A stretch of 62,169 nucleotides of DNA, the filler included, from Barthelona sp. PAP020 (lineage: Eukaryota), in the NCBI GenBank assembly GCA_040182905.1. It is 11 parts of 11 records of this genome, joined end to end, with 100 filler letters (N's around TTAATTAATTAA, not from the genome) between each part and the next. Parts side by side here need not be neighbours in the genome. Positions count along the whole stretch, not along the records: positions 56,706 to 62,169 come from JARQWU010000603.1; 10 more parts are not named here. One strand, 5' to 3'. Under the pieces are notes generated by a model. It searched no databases, was not told the origin of the DNA, and worked only from the letters and a program-made list of their open reading frames with translations. The position numbers and the translations under genes are program-made. Shown piece by piece: positions 57,013 to 62,169 of this stretch; positions within the stretch are counted from its first letter, which is position 1; each line of letters starts with the position of its first letter.

Positions 57013-57149
57013 GTTGTAAAATTTAATAATTCATGTAAGGTCTCAATTTTTGAAACTTTGAATTAGATTAAAAGAAAACAAGATACTTCAGTTTTAAGAA
57101 CTGTTTAATTATATTAAAAGAAATTTATTTAATCTTTTGGTTCAATTAT

Positions 57150-57601
57150 GTAACAATTATATTTATTTTCAAAGATAAAGCAAACAAAAAAAAACATATT
57201 TCATTGAATCTCAACCACAGAAAATGAGTGGCTATAATTGAATCTTGGTAAGTATGAAAATTTTGGAAATATTTGGTCCAGTTGTGAAATAAATATATTT
57301 ATTTACAAAGAAAGTAAACTTAGAAAACCCATTCTAGCAAATTTCATTAAAACCCCAGGTGGAATTGAGGAACTGAAATGAATTTTTTACCATTAAGTAT
57401 TTTTTTTTTGAGAATTTTGGAGAAATTTTCCATTCCCATTTTTTTGAATTTTTGCAAAAGCAAAATTTTAAAGTTTAAACTTTACCTTAGAAAATCTAAA
57501 GTTTTTCAACAGATCAATCGGGCCTCGAAAGCCTTTAACCGAATAAACACTATTCTTTTTTATTCACTCATACGCACAGTGCTTCTTGGCTTGGAAATAA
57601 A
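57150..57601 (+). repeat. Dispersed repeat family C with an internal partial duplication
   Basis: Matches 11425-11733 and 5713-5810; the TATATTTATTT.CAAAGA subunit occurs twice. Confidence 0.88.
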
Positions 57602-57610
57602 AAAATATGA

Positions 57611-58432
57611 TCAATTTATTGACAAATTAGGTAAATCTAAGGAGGATACCAGGTGGTCATCACTATCAAATCCATAATATTGGTGAAATCCTGGTCTCAA
57701 TAAAGGCTGAATCACAAGGCTTGGACTGCGAGGTCGATTCTTTATACCAGGATCAACACTTGAATCAGGTAACGACAACAAGAGTTCATCTTCAACCCAA
57801 TCATTCACGTTATCAGTGGTACTTGGAGCGCTCCTAACACTATCTAAACTTGAAGTCCTTCGCTTTCGTGTTCTGTTTGCAATTGCCTGATTCTTGTTCA
57901 TTCGATTTAATATGTGTTCTTTAGCTCTTCTATCAAATTCTACATTTCGTTCTACTATCCAAATCATGATTTGAAATGTCGTAGTAACTAAAATTTCAAC
58001 AAGATACAACCATTGACTAATTTTCATCCAATTAACAACCTCAATAGGATTTTTATTCAATGTATGATTTGATTCTTGAATTTTTAAAAGAATAATTCCA
58101 CTTAAAAAGGAAATTAAGGATACCCAAAAAGCTCCCACAACAAATTGTTTCAAACGGTTGGAAGAACGATTGCATACAAAATTTCCAAAAAGGATAAAAG
58201 AACAAATGGATGTTATGAATAACCAATAGTTTATTTGTTTGACATCATCAATAGGATATGTCAAAACAAAAATAATTATCTGAATAAATGGCAACAAAAT
58301 AAAGATAAAGATAGAATAAGTTACCAATAAAAAAATAATAGGCCAATATGAAACCATTTTAGGTTTTTCAAATTGTTTCAATCTTCTATCATTATCATGT
58401 CTAATTGAATTAAACGAATCAATTGATTCCAT
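57611..58432 (-). CDS. Four-TM membrane protein, tandem paralog 1
   Basis: WPIIF, LLPFIQ, RLKQFV, ISQWLY.VEILVT, ERN.EFD..AK.H are shared with the neighbouring gene. Confidence 0.85.
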   Translation of the reverse strand: MESIDSFNSIRHDNDRRLKQFEKPKMVSYWPIIFLLVTYSIFIFILLPFIQIIIFVLTYPIDDVKQINYWLFITSICSFILFGNFVCNRSSNRLKQFVVGAFWVSLISFLSGIILLKIQESNHTLNKNPIEVVNWMKISQWLYLVEILVTTTFQIMIWIVERNVEFDRRAKEHILNRMNKNQAIANRTRKRRTSSLDSVRSAPSTTDNVNDWVEDELLLSLPDSSVDPGIKNRPRSPSLVIQPLLRPGFHQYYGFDSDDHLVSSLDLPNLSIN

Positions 58433-58525
58433 TGTTATAATGTTATCAATTATGAAACTTACATCAAAAAAAAAAAATATTCTTCAAAATTGAAAGACGC
58501 ATTTTTTATTTACAAATACATACAA

Positions 58526-59221
58526 TTAATTTATAGAAAGAAGTGATTGATTAATTGCTTCAATTTCTATTTCTTGGTCATCTTCATATTCAAAATTGTC
58601 AAGTAAATTCAAATTTTGGGTTGAAGCTGGATCAACATTTTTCTTTTTTTCTTTCAACAGTTGATTGTTCAATAATCCAGCATATTGCTTTGATTGAATG
58701 AGATGTCGTTTTGCTTTAAGATCAAATTCTTGATTTCTCTCATAAACAACAATGTAGAATTGAAAAAATGCTGTAACAAGAATTTCAGCAACATATAGCC
58801 ATTGACTAATGGACACAACTTGAACCACTTCTAAAGGTTCTTTAAAATGGAATTTTTTGTAGAAAAATAGTAAAATAAACCCGGATAAACAATCTGCAAC
58901 AGATAACATGAAAGCATATTTTACAAATGATTTAAGTCTTTTAGAAGAATCAGTTCCAACTAAAAAGTTTAGACAGAGAGCAAAAGAGAGAATAGCATTA
59001 ATTAATAGCCACCAATTCAAAAATTTACTATCATCAATAACAAACGTTAAAATGAAAATAATTAATTGAATAAAAGGTAAAAGAGTAAAAACAATGCCTG
59101 TAAAACTAACTAAAATAAAAATAATTGGCCAAAATGGTAAAAGTTTTGCATTGCTTCCATATTTGTGTTCCTTATTATATTTCGATAATTTTGAGTCCAT
59201 TATTTTTAATTCATTCAACAA
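58526..59221 (-). CDS. Four-TM membrane protein, tandem paralog 2
   Basis: Same motifs as 57611-58432. Confidence 0.85.
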   Translation of the reverse strand: MLNELKIMDSKLSKYNKEHKYGSNAKLLPFWPIIFILVSFTGIVFTLLPFIQLIIFILTFVIDDSKFLNWWLLINAILSFALCLNFLVGTDSSKRLKSFVKYAFMLSVADCLSGFILLFFYKKFHFKEPLEVVQVVSISQWLYVAEILVTAFFQFYIVVYERNQEFDLKAKRHLIQSKQYAGLLNNQLLKEKKKNVDPASTQNLNLLDNFEYEDDQEIEIEAINQSLLSIN

Positions 59222-59319
59222 ATATAAATAAAAAAATAAAAGGAAGATACAAATTTCCTGATAATCATTTTATAAAAATTATGTTTGGCTAATAATAAAT
59301 AATAATAAGATGTTTATGA

Positions 59320-60654
59320 CTATGAAAAAACGCTTTCAAACGTGCAAACCAAATTATTTGTAAAACCAACAAATAATATATTTTTTGTTGGACAAAACGA
59401 AAGACATTTCACATGATATTCTTCTTCTTTTGGCAATAAAAAACAATCGATTGGTAATCTGACTTGAGTTTTTTTACCTGACAAATCCAAATTTTGCAAA
59501 GAAAAAACACCAATTTGGGTGTGATTTGGAGTCTTGTCTTTCAAATTAGGTAAACCAACAAATAAAAAATTATCAGTGATGAAAAATTCTAACAGGCTTT
59601 CAGACACCTTTGGATAGGGAAAACGAGCAATAAAATTTTCATTCTTTTGTCTTTTAAAATCGTTTTTCCAGTTCCACATGATTATATCTCCTTCCAAAAC
59701 ACCTTTTGAAATGACTATATCCTTATTATAGAATCTTACACAGTCAATACACCATGATGGATGAATTAAATTTGTCATTTCATCATCTATAACAGCCGGA
59801 ATTGTTTTAATTTGGCGAAAAACCCATCCATTTAATTCATCATTGATTTTCTCAATTGAGAAGAAAAATATTGGTGAATTTTGACCACTAATGAGAATCA
59901 CAGGTTCATTGTCTTCACTACATACATCCATTGTTAAAATTTGAGGTTCTTTTTTCTTTTCCATTAAATCACAGAGCACTTGAGACTTATATCTACTACA
60001 AAACATTGATATTGTCTCGGTTATCAACCATATTACCATTTCTCCATCTATAGACACTGAAATTAACAATAACGTGTCTTTACTAATCTCAATAAATCTT
60101 ACACAATAAATGGCTTCATTAAAATGTGCATCCAAAGTGGATAATAACACTTGATCCTGAATCGAAAGTAAATAAATAATTCCTGATTTTCCACTGCTTA
60201 CACATAGTGAATTTCGCCATATATCACAACAATACAATATTTCTTCATCATTTTCGAAAGGAATGAACATCCATTCAACATACTTCTTGGAATTTGTTTT
60301 TGAATCACTGCAATAATGAAAACATAACCTGTTTCCACCCACTGAAACAAAATTTGTGTGTGTTTTAAATGATAAATGCTTTATTGAATTTATTTGAACA
60401 GTGTTATCATTATTTCTCAATTGACTATGTGTATTCATATGACATCTAGCTACATATCCTATTCGATAATTTGACGTTACAAATAACTTTGTTTTTGACT
60501 TTAATAATTGCAAGTTCTTTCGATTTTGAAGTAATTCTTTTTTCGAAAGTTGTTGCTTGCGTCTAGATCTTTCATCATTAAATATCAATATTGGTACATT
60601 CTTTTCATTTCTTTCTTCTTCATTCACATCATCATTGATACTGTTAAAAGACAT
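59320..60654 (-). CDS. WD40 protein, divergent EED/ESC/FIE (PRC2)-like
   Basis: FVSVGGNR....C, E.LYCC.W, SGKSGII, H...I..VRF, LLISVS.D, IH...IDCVRF...IVISK occur in the same order as the EED motifs. Confidence 0.7.
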   Translation of the reverse strand: MSFNSINDDVNEEERNEKNVPILIFNDERSRRKQQLSKKELLQNRKNLQLLKSKTKLFVTSNYRIGYVARCHMNTHSQLRNNDNTVQINSIKHLSFKTHTNFVSVGGNRLCFHYCSDSKTNSKKYVEWMFIPFENDEEILYCCDIWRNSLCVSSGKSGIIYLLSIQDQVLLSTLDAHFNEAIYCVRFIEISKDTLLLISVSIDGEMVIWLITETISMFCSRYKSQVLCDLMEKKKEPQILTMDVCSEDNEPVILISGQNSPIFFFSIEKINDELNGWVFRQIKTIPAVIDDEMTNLIHPSWCIDCVRFYNKDIVISKGVLEGDIIMWNWKNDFKRQKNENFIARFPYPKVSESLLEFFITDNFLFVGLPNLKDKTPNHTQIGVFSLQNLDLSGKKTQVRLPIDCFLLPKEEEYHVKCLSFCPTKNILFVGFTNNLVCTFESVFS

Positions 60655-60731
60655 ATTCTTATTTGATATATATAATGTTGAAAGAAAATGAAACTCTTTT
60701 TTTTTTTAGAATATTTTCACAAATATTTAAT

Positions 60732-61655
60732 ATGAGCACACCATTTCTTTTAAATAATACAAAACAAAAGAGTTTAACAGAAAAAATTGATAGTTATGTT
60801 TTGTCTCCAATTAAATTTGCAGCGATTACTTCAAACAAACGAAATCATGAAAAACAACCAAATGATATTTATCGAAATCTTTTATTTCATAGAATTCAAA
60901 GTGATAATGAACTAAAGAATGAATTTTCAGTTAAAACTAACAATTTTCCCAAATCAGCAGCTTTATTAAAACGTGAAGAAGATTTGAGAATAAAACAAGA
61001 AAAAGAACAGAAAGAAAAGCTTGAAGAAGAAAGAAAGAAAAAAGAACAAGAAGAATTGGAAAATAAGAAGAATAAAGAAGAAACAGAAAAAAAACAGAAC
61101 TTTTTGCAACTGGCAAAGTCGAAAAAAGAAGATGAAAATTCTACAGAAAAAGAGTCCGATATAGAGAAATCTAAAACACCTGTCGTTTTTGACAGTTTTA
61201 AAAAAAATGAGTCTGACACATATGTTTCTCCTTTTAAAGGGCAAGGTTTTTCGTCTTCACCAACAAAAGAAGAAGAAACTGAAACTAAAGGTGCATTCGG
61301 TTCAAAAACCAGATCAACAAGTGAAAAAGGAAGCTTTGGTTTCAAAAAATCATCATCAAGTAAAGGGAAATTCAATATAGGTAGCAAAAAGGATTCAGAT
61401 GACGAGAAAACAACAATAACTAAGCCAAAAAGTGGTGCTTTTAGCTCAGGATTTGGTAATAAATCACAAACTAAATCAAATAGTTTAATGAAGACGTCAA
61501 CGAAATCAAATTCCGTTTTTGATAGAAAGAAAAATAATGATTCCGATTCTTCGTCTATAAAGAGTGTTTTTAGTGCACAAAAAAAATCTTCTGGGGTCAC
61601 ATGGCAGAAACAATCTAGTTTGTACAGCAGTAAAAAGAAAAAATTCGGGAAATAA
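60732..61655 (+). CDS. Low-complexity K/E/S-rich protein with scattered FG/FS motifs
   Basis: Long ORF; likely start is ATG 60732; GAFG, GSFGF, SGFG motifs. Confidence 0.7.
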   Translation: MSTPFLLNNTKQKSLTEKIDSYVLSPIKFAAITSNKRNHEKQPNDIYRNLLFHRIQSDNELKNEFSVKTNNFPKSAALLKREEDLRIKQEKEQKEKLEEERKKKEQEELENKKNKEETEKKQNFLQLAKSKKEDENSTEKESDIEKSKTPVVFDSFKKNESDTYVSPFKGQGFSSSPTKEEETETKGAFGSKTRSTSEKGSFGFKKSSSSKGKFNIGSKKDSDDEKTTITKPKSGAFSSGFGNKSQTKSNSLMKTSTKSNSVFDRKKNNDSDSSSIKSVFSAQKKSSGVTWQKQSSLYSSKKKKFGK

Positions 61656-61776
61656 AAAGGTAGATTTTATTTCAAATTATAAACACAAATGTTCACCTTT
61701 TGAACTTCATTTTTTCTTTTTTTTTTGATAAAAAAACAAAAAAAAGAATATTTTTTTTTGAATAGTTTGTTTTGAA

Positions 61777-62169
61777 ATGAGTTTTCCAACACGTAACGAT
61801 ACAATGTATTTGGGTACATTGAGAAAAGAAGATTCATTACCCAAACGAGTATCCAATCAAAGAGATACATTTTCTTCAAATGATATTGAAGGTTCAATAC
61901 CCTTGAAATTATATCAAAGTCAGACCAGAAATTATCAATTAGATATAAATGATATAGATGGTGCGAAACCTATCAATATCAACTTGCCCTTTAGGAAAAA
62001 TAATTTGGATACATCCGATATTGAAGGAACACGTCCAAAAAAAGGAAAATACTTTAAAACAAACAGAATCAGTGACCCTTTAGAACCCACATATCAATTA
62101 CCATCTGTTGAAACTGTAAAACCTTTAGAACTTCCCTTTAAAAGAGATTTTTATAACGTGGATGATATT
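61777..62169 (+). CDS. DI(E/D)GxxP repeat protein, runs off the window end
   Basis: Open frame from ATG 61777 with NDIEGSIP, NDIDGAKP, SDIEGTRP, DPLEPTYQLP. Confidence 0.8.
   Translation, partial: MSFPTRNDTMYLGTLRKEDSLPKRVSNQRDTFSSNDIEGSIPLKLYQSQTRNYQLDINDIDGAKPININLPFRKNNLDTSDIEGTRPKKGKYFKTNRISDPLEPTYQLPSVETVKPLELPFKRDFYNVDDI

Noticed and set aside
60896..61600. 234-aa antisense ORF and other short overlapping ORFs (e.g. 41124-41540, 11510-11752, 57378-57677, 21286-21540)
   Set aside because: Shadows of low-complexity coding strands or chance frames within repeats; no motifs.

Overview
This is AT-rich eukaryotic nuclear DNA, not a prokaryotic locus. It is 11 contigs of about 5.5-5.8 kb joined by ten artificial 100-nt spacers (N-run, TTAATTAATTAA, N-run), so adjacency across spacers carries no meaning. 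The genome is gene-dense, uses the standard genetic code, and has few, tiny (35-44 nt) introns near gene 5' ends whose branch point sits next to the 3' splice site. Gene content (PPi-dependent PFK, axonemal dynein intermediate chain, DMC1, EED, spliceosome and trafficking genes) points to a flagellated, probably anaerobic, possibly metamonad-like protist (inference). The most striking signal is a family of three near-identical WD40 beta-propeller genes. Their differences cluster as multi-nucleotide non-synonymous changes at equivalent loop positions of successive blades. They carry swappable C-terminal modules, and each lies about 310 bp from the same ~110-bp repeat terminus. Together this looks like a candidate diversifying receptor (immune/recognition) system. 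Also present: a ~400-bp possibly structured repeat, a second dispersed repeat, an orphan 28S rDNA fragment spanning the R2/I-PpoI target region, a myristoylated EF-hand/kinase fusion, a head-to-head PFK/enolase pair and two tRNA genes. Family assignments come from motif recognition by eye; no database search was run.
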